The notes under the pieces were generated by a model. That model was not told the DNA's origin, ran no database searches, and was given only the letters and a program-made list of their open reading frames with translations. Both the position numbers and the translations under genes were made by a program. This document shows positions 11,917-25,387 of a DNA stretch of 64,000 nt, piece after piece. Origin of the DNA: Octopus sinensis (taxonomy: Eukaryota); assembly GCF_006345805.1 (NCBI RefSeq), contig NC_043000.1, positions 146,816,001 through 146,880,000 of the forward strand, read 5' to 3'. Position 1 is the first letter of the stretch; each line of letters opens with the position of its first letter.

Positions 11917-13302
11917 TATTATTATTATTATTATTATTATGTAAGGTGATGAGATGACAGAATCGTTAGAATGCAGGGAAAATTGCTTAGTAGCATTTTC
12001 TCTATCTTTACAGTCTGATTTCAAATTCCGGCGAGGTAGAGGTTGCGTTTCATTCTCTCAGAATCGATAAAATGAGCAGCACTTGAGCACTGGGGTCGAT
12101 ATAATCAACTAGCCGAAATTTTAGGCCATGTATCTATAGCAGGAAGGATTATTTTCATTATCACTATCATAGCTAACGGCCAAATTATTTTATTTGACTT
12201 TCATAGTTTGAAGATGTCGATTACCTCCACTTTTCGAGATAAAAATTACTGAAATGAAATTATTAAAAACATTTTTTACACCAATTATATTTTTACACCC
12301 AAACTAGCGACCAATCTTATATTTGCAAAATAACTGAACACTAAAATGGCAAAAGTGGGGAGAACAGAATCAAAACAAACATTTTGAATGTACAAGAGGG
12401 AAAAAAATGAATATTACAGTAAATAAATAATAGAAAAAAGTGTGTCCCAAATCCTCAGAAAAGTAGTTTTGCTGATAGTGATAGTAACAACTGCAATAGA
12501 CTATAAATAAAACAAGCAAAATATTCTACTAAAATTGGATCTTTACATTCGACAGATTTTGCAAAATAATTTTTTGTAACTAAACACTTTCAAACTTCGT
12601 ATACTGGTAGAATGTATTACATAAATCATCTTTTGTTCTTGGCGTTGTTGAGAGAATTCTGTATTTTGCAAGTTATTTCTTGTTAAATTTGAGGTATTTC
12701 GGTAATTTCAACCAATCAATGACGTGTATTCAGCTGAATAAAATTACTGCTGTTGTTTGTCAACAACAACTTCCGGTGGTCAAAAGGTAAAGATCCCTAA
12801 AATTATATAGGTTTTTCCGTAGACTTTAAGAAGCAATGTTTATCTCACATTAGATTTCCCTCTGTTAAACGCAAAACTTACTCCTCATTAACAAATGATA
12901 CACACTAACAATAACATCCTTTACAATATTACCTAGTTCGTTATTAATACGGGAAGTTCGTATTAATGTAGCCAAACTCCATGCAATCTCTGTAGCAAAT
13001 AGACTATCGAGATTTTAAGAGGAAGTTCCTCCTCGTCGGAACCACCAGAAGAAAACTATTACCTTTTGCATCCATAGCTTAATTTTTTTTTTCTTTTTAC
13101 TAAAGGACGATATGTGTTATCTGAGTTAGATATTTACATATTTCTACTATTTCTTTTTTTTTTTTTCACAAATTTTAGCAAGGTTTGCCAATTCTTAAAC
13201 TTTTCCCTTGGAATAGTCTATTATCAAACCTTATAACTATACGTGTTTATGTTTTTCAACCTTATTTAACAGGGGGTTTTATGTGATTATAAATTGTTAG
13301 AT

Positions 13303-13660
13303 ATGATGGCATGGCTGCGTGGTAAGAAGTTTGGTTCTCAACCACATGGTTCTGGGTTCATTCCCACTGTGTGACACCTTATACAAGTGTCTTCTACTAT
13401 AGCCTCGAGGTGAACAAATCTTGTGAAGGGATTTGGTAGACGGAAACCGAAAGAAGCCCATCGTATATGTGTGTGTTTGTGTATGTGTTTGTCCTCCACT
13501 ACCGCTTGACAACCGGTATTGGCATGTTTACGTCCCCGAGTCTTAGCAGTTCTTCCAGAAGAACAGAAAGGATAAATATCAAGGCTTAAAAAATAAGTAC
13601 TGGGGGGTGATTCGTTTAGTCAAAATTTTTCTGGATTGTGCTCCAGTATGGCCGCAAATA
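13303..13660 (+). mobile_element. SINE family A, diverged copy
   Basis: ggcatggctgcgtggtaagaag...gggttcattcccactgtg head and ctccagtatggccgc tail. Confidence 0.75.
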
Positions 13661-14423
13661 AATGCTATAATTTATTTCCCTTGCCACTACCTTATGCTCT
13701 CCATCACACTAGCTAGATTGTCTTCGGCTTTCAGCAGTATTTACAAACTTTTCTTGATGTCCAACTGAGGACTTCATGTCTTTGCTTGCTGAAATGATTC
13801 TTTAAACCTCTTGATAGCTAGACATTTAAGCAGACTTATGCTTAGCAGGAGACTGGTCAGCGCCTCCTATCTTATCATATCTATTCTTCCTATTGCTTTT
13901 ATCTCTCTTTGATATTTAACCTTATTACAGTTTCTCCTGGCTCTATGTATTTTTCAGGGTCACACTTATTTTCTTTTGAGTTATTGACTCTTTTATTGAA
14001 AGATACGCCACCGTCTCTCTCATCTATGTACCTTCCGTCTTTTCACATTTCTCGTTTTTCTTTTACTTGTTCTTTTGCATTTTCCTCCTCTATCTTCTAC
14101 CACGCTTCTTATACTATTTTTGATCTTGCTCTTAATTTTCAGCCGTCTAGCTATTCCCTATTCGGTTGCTCTCCCTCTCCCTCTCTCTCTCTCTCTCTCC
14201 CTCCCTCTATCGTGATGAGCGTTTGTGATTATATATATAAAATGCATCTTTGACCACACTTTATTTCACAATTTAAATTTGTGTTATTTCATATTCGTCT
14301 TCACCACTTTATTTCATGTATTGTAGACACAATGCACATTAGTGCACTTACTAAATACCAACCCTAAACCATCGTTATAGAGCAGTACCGTATTGTCTTA
14401 TCTCTTTTATTTTGTGAGATTAC

Positions 14424-14625
14424 AGTCATCATCATCATCATTGTTCGACCGTGGTCGAGACAATGGAATTTACCATGCTACGCCAGACTTCACGGTCCAT
14501 CATGGTATTACGGAGGTCCTGTTGCTGGATGCCTGTATCCCTGGAGATTACATCAGGGTAGGAGAGTGTGCGCCCTCTGGTATTGCAAGTAGATGGCTTC
14601 CAGAGGAGAAGAGTAGAAATTACTT
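14424..14625 (-). mobile_element. 3' end fragment of an RTE-like LINE with a (GAT)n tail
   Basis: LLWKPS...RGRTLSYPDVISRDTG...MMDREVWRSMV matches the typical LINE C-terminal GRP...DR..WR pattern; the stop is followed by a trinucleotide tail. Confidence 0.65.
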
Positions 14626-15321
14626 CTTTTACAACTCTACAACAATGTCCAAAACTCTCTGAATACACCAGCCTGTCTATGAAGAATTACTAAGAAAGCC
14701 TACTTGGATTCTCCTCGCTTATCTGTGATAGTAGAGTATGAACTTTCCACCTATTTATGAAAATCTATTGTGAATTCTGACTTTCCTGATTTTCTTACAT
14801 TTTTTCTGCTTAATTATATTTACATTCACTTCTGTATAACTGTTTTGATGCCATTAACAACCGAATATCGTCAGTCATCTAGCATGCCTGGTGATGAGGG
14901 CCCTATTCGCTGTACAGTCCGAATCTAGCACCCTCGTACCTCCCTTTGTTCGGTTCAAGGATAGACAGTGAAGAGTGAATGCAACACTGCGCATTTGAAG
15001 TATTTTAAAGAGGATTTGGGAGAGGAGTTCATGAGCTGTCCAAATACATCGCTTATAATAGAGACTATGCTAAGAAGTTCCTTTGTAAAGAGAGAATGTG
15101 TGTATCAGCATATGCATATTGACTGATCTATTGTAGTGAAAGCAATATGCTTACCTTTGCATTACTTTCTTTACTTGACATATAATATTGGCAACTGCGA
15201 GTAAAATCACATGACCATAGTGCAGAGCAGTACCATTAATAAGGTACAAACTCTGTTAACTTGGTTTATCGGTACCACAACATTTCCACTAGTTTATCTT
15301 TAGAATTTAGTTGAAACTCTA

Positions 15322-15761
15322 AAGGGAACTGGTTGCTTCTTTACACTTTTAGGGTGCAACTTGGGTGCAACACAATTTTCTTTCTTTTTGTTTCTAGAAA
15401 CTACCAGTCAGGAACGAAACGCAAGTTTAAAAATATTTACACGGCGATAGAAGAGAAAGGACGTATTTTTAAACGTGTGATCAGCCTATTCTCCTGTCCC
15501 AGACGCTTAGGATTTAACCTGTTCTATTGCTGCTGAATTGTTGTAAGAAGCTTACAAACGTTAGAATTCAGCCTTGCTGCGTTGAACTAGGTGGATACCA
15601 GTATACCATCGTGTTTCGTTGTTGAATAAGAGAATAAAGAATTGTATATATTTTTAAACTTGCGTTTCGTTCCTGACTGGTAGTTTCTAGAAACAAAAGG
15701 AAAGGAAATTGTGTTGCACCCAAGTTGCACCCCAAAAGTGTAAAGAAGCAACCAGTTCCCT
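15322..15761. mobile_element. MITE/fold-back element with ~120-bp terminal inverted repeats and TA flanks
   Basis: ta|aagggaactggttgcttctttacac...ttaaaaata is inverted as tatttttaaacttgc...gcaaccagttccctt|ta, with a ~210-bp spacer. Confidence 0.8.
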
Positions 15762-16629
15762 TTACAAAACTATGGTAATATATTTAACCCTGGAATCAAC
15801 AGAAAGCTAATTATAAGAGCCGAGAAAAATTAATAACAGCCAACGACTTGTATTATTTTATGAGGAGCAACTTACTGATAAGGTGATACTAAGACAGAAA
15901 TATGTTTGAAGTTACTTCTCGGGATAGCCAAAATTGTAAAAAATAATATTATTCTCTGACTTAGGCAAAAAAACAAGATCGGAAAAAAAAAGTAAATTTG
16001 ATATACTATATAGTATTTTGATGGTTACTTATTCTGGTCAACCACTGAAGAATAAATTGTACTATTGCAGTATTTAAACTGAATATGTAAATTACATCAT
16101 AAAAAAAAACCGTAGAGGAATATTGTAGCACAATTTAATCTGTCCGTCTACCACTTTTAATTTAAATAACAATGTATCAGCGACTGATATTAATTTTTCC
16201 TCGCCGCATAATTAATTTTAGCTTACTTTTTAACACTCCCTATATTAAATATATTAAGACAAACTTAACCAAAGATTTCCTTGAGGATGGTGTCATTCAC
16301 TTATTTATTATCTATAGATTTACATATTATTCCCCATTCACGACAATAAAATATGAAAGCTCTACGAAGTAAGAGTGAATCGGTATATTCATATTTATGG
16401 CCATATTAATATTTGATAATGTTAAAGTATAAGTGTGAATTTTCTATACACATAAATTAGTGAAAATAACACGTGCTATTCCTAAACGACTCTGGAATAT
16501 ACTGAAAACCCATTAACAAAAATTTAGAAAATTAGGCATATTTCCACATAGATACCCAATATTTAATTCTGCTAAAAAGTCTATATGAATACATATACAC
16601 ATGATGTAGTATTATATTGGGTGCTTGTA

Positions 16630-16638
16630 CATATATAT

Positions 16639-16722
<84 letters not shown>

Positions 16723-16898
16723 ATATATATATATATATATATATATGTATACATATATATATTGTATATATATATAAATATATATATGTATGTATGTATA
16801 TGTATATATATATATGTGTATATATATATGTATATATATATGTATATATATATATGTATATATTACAGATATATGTATATATATACATACATATATAC

Positions 16899-16929
<31 letters not shown>

Positions 16930-16930
16930 A
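16630..16930. repeat. (TA)n/(TG)n microsatellite block
   Basis: Direct reading. Confidence 0.95.
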
Positions 16931-18227
16931 ACACCCAACACCAACACATATACATCAAATTGTGCATGTATGCACGTGTGTACGATTGTGTGTGTGAGTG
17001 TTTTTGAGCTGTATGCCCGTATACTTTGGAGTCTCGTGTTATATTGTTATCTATAGACGTGAACCTAACCATGTAGGTAAGGAAATGATGATGTAAATAT
17101 GTTTTTAGCAATGTGTCATAAACTGACTATTTTGAGAAAGTGTTTAAAGATGTGTGTAAATATACGTAATATGTAAGTTGAATGAATATACACACGGGCA
17201 CACACACATATGCACGTACGCACGCACGTACGCACACACATGTGTATATATATATATGTATATATATAAATATATATGTGTGTGTGTGTGTGTATGTATA
17301 TGTATATGTATATATGAATTGGTTGTATTGTTCTTGTTAATGATGATGCTACTAGCTTAAGTTGTATGACGCCACGATTTTAATGGTAATGACGCGAAGA
17401 TTAGTACAGCAGTAATTATTATTATCATCATCATCATCATCATCATCAACAGCAGCAGCAGCGGCATTAATATCTTTACAATCCGTATGTTTGTTCTTAT
17501 TACTTTTATTATTATTCTTATTCCTTGCTGCTAGGAATGTGAACTTTACGGATTTTTGCTTTCCTGTATTCATTCGAAAAGTTTCCAGTATTTTATATGC
17601 CTTATTTTGATAGGTTCCTATTTTTAACAGTATATTCTGTCTTTGAGAACAAATATGATTAATTCTTCAAAAATCTATACAAGACATTTCCTAGTAACTA
17701 TTATCAGTTTTATAGCTAAGATGAAATGAAATTTGGCTATGATATGAAATATCGCATCTCACCTGATGGTAACATTTACTGCCTATCAATATCTTTGAAA
17801 TGAGTTCTTCAAAAGCGCTTACAGAAGGAAGTTTTTCATTTGTACAACAACATGTGATATTTGCTTTTCAACACAAGGAACATAACCCAGAGGCCTGAAA
17901 TGACATTGGAGAGAATTAAGTACTTCTTAATGCCTTTTACAATAGCATTTTCTAAAAGTCTACAGTGAATTATTAATTTTCGACTATATACGCAGATACA
18001 TAAAGCAATGCATACAAACACATACTCGCTTGTATATATGCTTACACAGATAGAGAGACAGAACTGCACACAAATATGGGAACGTATACATGTGTGCGTC
18101 GACATAACTCTTACGTGTACATTTAACACATAACTCAGTATGTTATATTTAATATACTTGTGTATATAAATACGTACACACACACACATATATATGCATA
18201 TATTCTTATATCCATATATGCATAAAT

Positions 18228-18420
18228 GCGTAGCCGTATTTCGTCTGCCGTTACGTTCTGAGTTCAAATTCCGCCGAGGTCGACTTTGCCTTTCATCCTT
18301 TCGGGGTCGATAAATTAAGTACCAGTTACGCACTGGGGTCGATGTAATCGATTTAATCCGTTTGTCTGTCCTTGTTTGTCCCCTCTGTGTTTAGCCCCTT
18401 GTGGGTAGTAAAGAAATATA
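18228..18420 (+). mobile_element. SINE family B, 5'-truncated copy
   Basis: gtatttcgtctgccgttacgttctgagttc...gtaaagaaata. Confidence 0.9.
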
Positions 18421-18539
18421 TATATATGTATGTGTGCATACATATATACATATATATATATGTATGTGTGGATATACATATGTGTGTGTGTGTGCATGTG
18501 TTAGTGATTGTGTGTATATAAAGGGAAAACTGATAGATT

Positions 18540-18875
<336 letters not shown>

Positions 18876-19639
18876 GCTACGCACAAACATTTAAGACCTA
18901 AGACTAATTGGAATGTCGATTGCTTTCCCTTTGAGACACTCGTTTGGCCACATATATGATGATGAAACTTGTATCCAAATTACACTTAAAACGTAATGTT
19001 TTCAACAAAGAAAATCTCTCATATTGGGGATACTTTCAAAAACATTTAAAACAATGGCCAAAATCACAATGACGCTACTGGCTAATGGATATTTTTCACT
19101 GTCTTCTTTGTCGAAATCGGAATTATATCGACATAGAAATTACAGCATTATTGATTCTCATGTGAAACTATATAGCAATGCATGTGAAGCACTCTATAAG
19201 GGAATCGAAACCAGATATACATGTGTTTCGCCTAGATATTGCAGGAATTTTATGCCACTAAGAGTGCTACCTTTGTCAAGACACAATTGTATTTTTAGCG
19301 ACAGGTCTGAGCGAATGATGACCAAAGAGTAACTTTAGGTATCGGCGATGAGAATAAATAGGAAAGGCTGACAAACCTCCAGTAACCTAACATTGCTAGA
19401 GAGCATCATGTGTTCAACACAAATTTATAGTCAATGAAGTACCAGCTTTGAATGCACACCGCTTACTGAACGGTGTCAGGTCTACTAGTCACTGAGTAAT
19501 AAGATTATGAGTAGAGAAGGTAAGTAGTTCTGGATTTGATGCAATTAGGGTAGATATAGATTTGTGATGTGAATGGTGTATGAGATGGATGGGTGTAAGT
19601 AGTATTAATTGAAAGGCTTGTAGTGTTCTGTATTATGTT

Positions 19640-20900
19640 ATATGTTCATATTGAGCTGTGGAAGATATTTATTGATGAAAGTTGCCTCTATTCATTCTTT
19701 CTTGTACTGAGGTTTTCTGTGAATATTGATAGAAGTGAAAAATTAGGAAATTAGGATTAGGATTCCTAGCACACCTTTCTATATGTTCACTGACCTGTAT
19801 CTGTCTGTATTGTGGGTGGCGGATTTGTTCTTTGTGGAGAGTGCTTCTTCGATGGAGTGATATTCCTGTTTGGCCAATATAATTATTACCACACCCTAAG
19901 TATGTAATGGCATAGGTGAAATTTGATTGAATCTTAAATATTTTACCTTGTTTAAAATGGAACTCTGAACCCTTCAAAAGGTGGGGGCATGTAGCACAGT
20001 TATGTCGACCACATTTTGTCACTTTTGATTTTGTTGTTAATGGATATAGTCTTGCGTTGGTTAATATTTTTTAAATGATTTAGGTTGCATTTTGCTTTTG
20101 ATAATTTTATGTGAGCCTAAAATTTTTTCATTGTTTTAGCTCCTGTGAGGATGGGTAAATTTTGGATGATAATGTTGAAGGCTTCATTGTTTCTAGGATT
20201 ATGTGTGGAGATATATGGGAGTATTTTTAATTCTGGTTTAGTATTTCGGTTGGCTTCCCTTAATGATCATATATCTATTTCTTTAGCTCGTTTAATGCCA
20301 TAATATATAAATGATATAGGGTAATGTCTTTTGATTATTAGAGTTCAAGGAGTCTTCGTTCACGAGCATAGGTGTCCGAAACTATACTACATAGTCTTTT
20401 CGCTAGATTATATGGTATATTAATTTTTATGTGTTTGGAGTGGCATGAGTTGAATAATACGTATTGTTTAGAATATGTGGGTTTATAGAAGATGTTTGTT
20501 TCAATGTGGCTATTGACTATTTTAATTAGGATCTTAAGAAAAGGGAGGTGCTTACTACTGTGCTCCATGGTGAATTGTATGTTGCTATTAATATTGTTAA
20601 GCATTATTTTGAAATGTAGGAGTTTGCCCATGCTGTCTTTCCAAAGTATAAAGCAATTGTCCAAATACCTCCTTTAAATAGCAATGAAATGAAGTGCCAC
20701 ATTTTTGTAGTGATGATTGATATATTTTAAGCTGAAGCAGTTCGGGTTCCCATTGCAATTCCTCATTTTTGTCGATAGTAAACTGTATCGAACATGAAAT
20801 AGTTATTCAGTCGGATAAATTTGAGTGCTGCGATTATGAATCTGTGGTTGATGCGTCCTGGGATCGCCTCTGGGTGTTTTTCTAGCTTGAGGCATATTTG
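19640..20900 (-). mobile_element. Penelope-like element relic (RT thumb, Cys-rich linker, GIY-YIG), Neptune-like
   Basis: NNYFMFDTVYYRQK*GIAMGT, LDNCFILW, FTMEHSSKHLPFL..IFYKPTYSKQY, KCGRHNCATC, YAITYLGCGNNYIGQT...H, and a terminal FINKYLPQLN; several stops and frameshifts. Confidence 0.9.
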
Positions 20901-21799
20901 AACCTGTATGAAAGCCATTCACTGTATTTTGTGGCGAAGTAATTTTCGCGCTATAGATATAAAGGTGTAAGCATACCGAGCCAGTTCGCAGTACCCACTA
21001 ATCAAACTGATGGATGCATTTCGGACTGGTTATCTCCTCTGAGCAACAGAGACCGGAAACGCAGATGCTACGAACTGTCACAAGAGACGAGCTTCTCTTA
21101 CTAAATTCCCCTCGTCTTCAAAGACTGATTGCACTATTCTGTGGCTAGCCGTAAATAATTACTAGGTGACAGGGCGAAGCAGTCATGAGTATAAATACAA
21201 ACTTGTTAAACATGGCATGCTAATCTTAACCTTTTTAGTGTAGTTTTGAAGAACTAGCTAAGAAAAATTTTCCTGTTGTCATTCTTGTGACAGATTCCTT
21301 TTAAAACATATCTTTCTTCATTATAATATGTACTACAATTTTTTCTATCACTATTATGTTGTGAAACATCCATTGTATATATTTTTACTTTCTGTAAATA
21401 AATGATTGGTGTTAAATCCAGTCCTTCTCTTGGTATATTTCGTCCGAACTCTTACCGTGTAATTATAAGGAAAATAAATTAAAGATTTATATGCATGCAC
21501 CTTTATGCAGATATACCCAAGCCTCTGTCAATACGAGAAAATACAGTCAACCCAGTATGAAGAAACGAAATAGCATTCTTAAGATAAACATGACTTCTTA
21601 AATTCATTTCTACAGATAGTTTCACCTTGCTACCAAAAACACATTTTATTATCCTATTTAAACTGTCTTATAACCTGCTAGTGAAATGTCGGTATTTTCA
21701 GCGTGTATACTGAATGCCACTACGATTGTATATTACATCTAGCGTTCTGTCTACATCCCTAAACTTCTAGCAACTAAGTCATTACGACACAGCGACTTT

Positions 21800-21995
21800 A
21801 CCGCGTGTGTACTGTTGGCGATTTTTTTTCTCCGTCTTCCCTTCTTTGGATCTTTCCTTTTCCTATGTTTCTGACGAAGAGTTCTGCTCGAAACGTTAAA
21901 CCCTCCTTCTTTCCAGAGCGTCCAATAATACAATACTTGTTCCACGTCTTCGCGTTTTTGTGTTTTCTCTTTGTGTTTTCATGTTTGGATTAACA
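21800..21995 (+). mobile_element. ~200-bp HHR-bearing interspersed element ending in (TA)n
   Basis: Homologous to 58410-58610 (minus strand) and 63325-63540 (plus strand). Confidence 0.85.
21867..21901 (+). ncRNA. Minimal type I hammerhead ribozyme
   Basis: GUUU CUGACGA A GAGU-ucu-GCUC GAAAC GU U AAAC: helix I GUUU/AAAC, intact core, palindromic ACGU in place of helix III. Confidence 0.75.
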
Positions 21996-22017
21996 ATATA
22001 TATTATATATTATATAA

Positions 22018-22065
<48 letters not shown>

Positions 22066-22189
22066 GCATATAAACGCAGCCTAACCAGAGCTTTATATTA
22101 GTGATATTTATTTACAACAGTAAACAGTCATATTTGCTGACTATCACGACAAATCTACAGTCAGTTATATCTGGTAACCTGACATCACA

Positions 22190-23100
22190 CTGCTCGCTAT
22201 AGCACAAAGGGTAAGAGTTAGCCTATCTTTCGTAGGCTTATGCCCCGGCGTTGTCTTCTCCTCTGCAGTTATGTAGGTTCTTTTGAGCATTTTTCTTTTT
22301 CTAAAAAGGCCAGTTCATCACAGTTGAATACTTGTGCGATGTAACCCTCAGCTGCGATGAGCTGATGATCCACGTATGAAATCTTCAGCAGCCTTTGTGT
22401 TAGAAATCGCTGCTTCTCCATACCTGACGACGCTATGAACAACTCTTCTTGGAATTATCAAACCAGCTGCGACTGGCCTGAAATGCGTCTGGTAATGTCT
22501 CTGCTGTCGATCATCCAGCGTTCTGCTTCAGGAGATCCCCATACAGCGCTCGTGCTTTCTCGAAGATGATGGTCTCCGCAGTCGTATCTCCTACGAGTTG
22601 CTTCTCAGTGATCCACCGGAGAAGGAATTTTTCCATCTTTTCGTGGACAGATATGCATTACTTAGTGTGCCTGGAGACACCCTGTGCTGTTGTAACGTCC
22701 TGATCTCATCCTTTTTCTTCGGGTTGGTGCAGATCGTCGAGGGGCATCGGTCGTACTGACGTGCAATGTCCATAACACACATTCCTCCTCTTTCATGTTT
22801 ATGAATTTATTTCCTTCTTCAATTCAGCTTTCCTTCTTCAAATCAGCTTTTTTTCTTCTCAGCACTGTTCTTCGCAGTAACCTTCTTAGGACCCATGGCT
22901 AACACAACTAATTATTATAAAATAACAGCAAAAAATGCCCAAAACTAAACAAAAAGACTGTGGAAAACACAAAAGGAATGCCGCCACAGCGAGATAAATA
23001 CGTGAACTGAGCGAGAGTAGATTGTACTTGTTAGGAGAGCGTGTACGAGCGCAAGGACGATTAGCGGTCTCTTGTATGAAACTCGCTCGTACATCAAGAC
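22190..23100 (-). mobile_element. Tigger/pogo transposase relic, copy 1
   Basis: MGPKKV..., DIARQYDRCPSTICT (HTH) and HSVVRYGEAA...VFNCDE motifs; 3'-truncated and frameshifted. Confidence 0.85.
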
Positions 23101-23241
23101 AAAAATCTAATTTCAACGGATTTCGCCAAAATTTGACGTCTATTTTACTTAATTTGGTTTCAAATAAAGAACTTGATTAGCTCAATAATCGTAACTTAAT
23201 CCCGGACAAGGCCGAGTTATACTGCTAGTAATATATATATA

Positions 23242-23289
<48 letters not shown>

Positions 23290-23409
23290 GCATATAAACG
23301 CAGCCTAACCAGAGCTTTATATTAGTGATATTTATTTACAACAGTAAACAGTCATATTTGCTGACTATCACGACAAATCTACAGTCAGTTATATCTGGTA
23401 ACCTGACAT

Positions 23410-24325
23410 CACACTGCTCGCTATAGCACAAAGGGTAAGAGTTAGCCTATCTTTCGTAGGCTTATGCCCCGGCGTTGTCTTCTCCTCTGCAGTTATGTAG
23501 GTTCTTTTGAGCATTTTTCTTTTTCTAAAAAGGCCAGTTTCATCACAGTTGAATACTTGTGCGATGTAACCCTCAGCTGCGATGAGCTGATGAAATCCAC
23601 GTATGAAATCTTCAGCAGCCTTTGTGTTAGAAATCGCTGCTTCTCCATACCTGACGACGCTATGAACAACTCTTCTTGGAATTATCAAACCAGCTGCGAC
23701 TGGCCTGAAATGCGTCTGGTAATGTCTCTGCTGTCGATCATCCAGCGTTCTGCTTCAGGAGATCCCCATACAGCGCTCGTACTTTCTCGAAGATGATGGT
23801 CTCCGCAGTCGTATCTCCTACGAGTTGCTTCTCAGTGATCCACCGGAGAAGGAATTTTTCCATCTTTTCGTGGACAGATATGCATTACTTAGTGTGCCTG
23901 GAGACACCCTGTGCTGTTGTAACGGTCCTGATCTCATCCTTTTTCTTCGGGTTGGTGCAGATCGTCGAGGGGCATCGGTCGTACTGACGTGCAATGTCCA
24001 TAACACACATTCCTCCTCTTTCATGTTTATGAATTTATTTCCTTCTTCAATTCAGCTTTCCTTCTTCAAATCAGCTTTTTTTCTTCTCAGCACTGTTCTT
24101 CGCAGTAACCTTCTTAGGACCCATGGCTAACACAACTAATTATTATAAAATAACAGCAAAAAATGCCCAAAACTAAACAAAAAGACTGTGGAAAACACAA
24201 AGGAATGCCGCCCAGCGAGATAAATACGTGAACTGAGCGAGAGTAGATTGTACTTGTTAGGAGAGCGTGTACGAGCGCAAGGACGATTAGCGCTCTTGTA
24301 TGAAACTCGCTCGTACATCAAGACA
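23410..24325 (-). mobile_element. Tigger/pogo transposase relic, copy 2
   Basis: ORF 23389-23688 reads HSVVRYGEAA...QVFNCDETGLF...RTYITAEEK..PGHKPTKDRLTL. Confidence 0.85.
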
Positions 24326-24449
24326 AAAATCTAATTTCAACGGATTTCGCCAAAATTTGACGTCTATTTTACTTAATTTGGTTTCAAATAAAGAACTTGA
24401 TTAGCTCAATAATCGTACTTAATCCCGGACAGGCCGAGTTATACTGCTA

Positions 24450-24494
<45 letters not shown>

Positions 24495-24685
24495 TAATAC
24501 TAAGCAATAAGGGTCAGCAACGAATTGCCTTACCACATACCGAATTTAGAAATAGCAGTCAAAGGGTTATAGCTATTTCTTCTCTACTAAAGGGAGATCT
24601 CAGTAAAAACAGCAATTGGAAGGCTGACACAAACAGGTAAGAGAGAATGAATTAACCGCAATCTATCAAACATTTTTAAAGTTAT

Positions 24686-24789
24686 CCACGGACGTACGTT
24701 TCGAAATCAAGTTTTAGGAAGCATAAGAATTAAAATATTAAATATTAAATAATTCTATCTTACCGAAACTTCTTTTCTCTTCAGCGTGG
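24686..24789 (-). ncRNA. Type I hammerhead ribozyme with extended helix II (unit 1)
   Basis: CCACG CUGAAGA GAAA...(long imperfect hairpin)...UUUC GAAAC GU A CGU CCGU GG; predicted cleavage between 24695 and 24694. Confidence 0.75.
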
Positions 24790-25283
24790 AATACTATAAT
24801 CATAAATGATTATATATTGAATTTTGAGATACTAGGAGGTACCAACTCAACTCAGTATCAGAGCGAGCTAGAATCCTCAACTAGTATCACCGAATTCAAA
24901 TTTGTGAATGAAACGATTGTGTCAACAGCCCCTTCCCACCCGCGTGTAGCCAAAACAGATGCTGTGGCATCTACTGAGATAAAATATGGTTATCCGTAAT
25001 AATGAAGGGTGAAATTAATTAATTTGGAATAATTATCAATTACAACCAAGTAGTCTTCGGCATGTAAAAGCCTCATTTGAGGAAAATTTAAGTAATACTA
25101 AGCAATAAGGGTTCAGCAACGAATTGCCTTACCACATACCGAATTTAGAAATAGCAGTCAAAGGGTTATAGCTATTCTTCTACTAAAAAGGGAGATCTCA
25201 GTAAAAACAGCAATTGGAAGGCTGACACAAACAGGTAAGAGAGAATGAATTAACCGCAATCTATCAAACATTTTTAAAGTTAT

Positions 25284-25387
25284 CCACGGACGTACGTTTC
25301 GAAATCAAGTTTTAGGAAAGCATAGAATTAAAATATTAATATTAAATAATTCTATCTTACCGAAACTTCTTTTCTCTCTTCAGCGTG
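25284..25387 (-). ncRNA. Type I hammerhead ribozyme (unit 2)
   Basis: Same motif with an extra dinucleotide at the base of helix II; predicted cleavage 25293/25292. Confidence 0.65.

Larger units (their letters stand above)
22010..24450. repeat. Tandem duplication of a ~1.22-kb unit (Tigger fragment plus Helitron-like 3' end), with units separated by (TA)n
   Basis: cacatgcatataaacgcagcc occurs at 22061 and 23285; both units end ...ccgagttatactgCTAG|t (23228, 24450). Confidence 0.9.

Noticed and set aside
19190-19290. Possible decayed HHR downstream of the Penelope relic (UUGACAA...GAAAC-ACAU-GUA)
   Set aside because: Two core changes and no helix I pairing.
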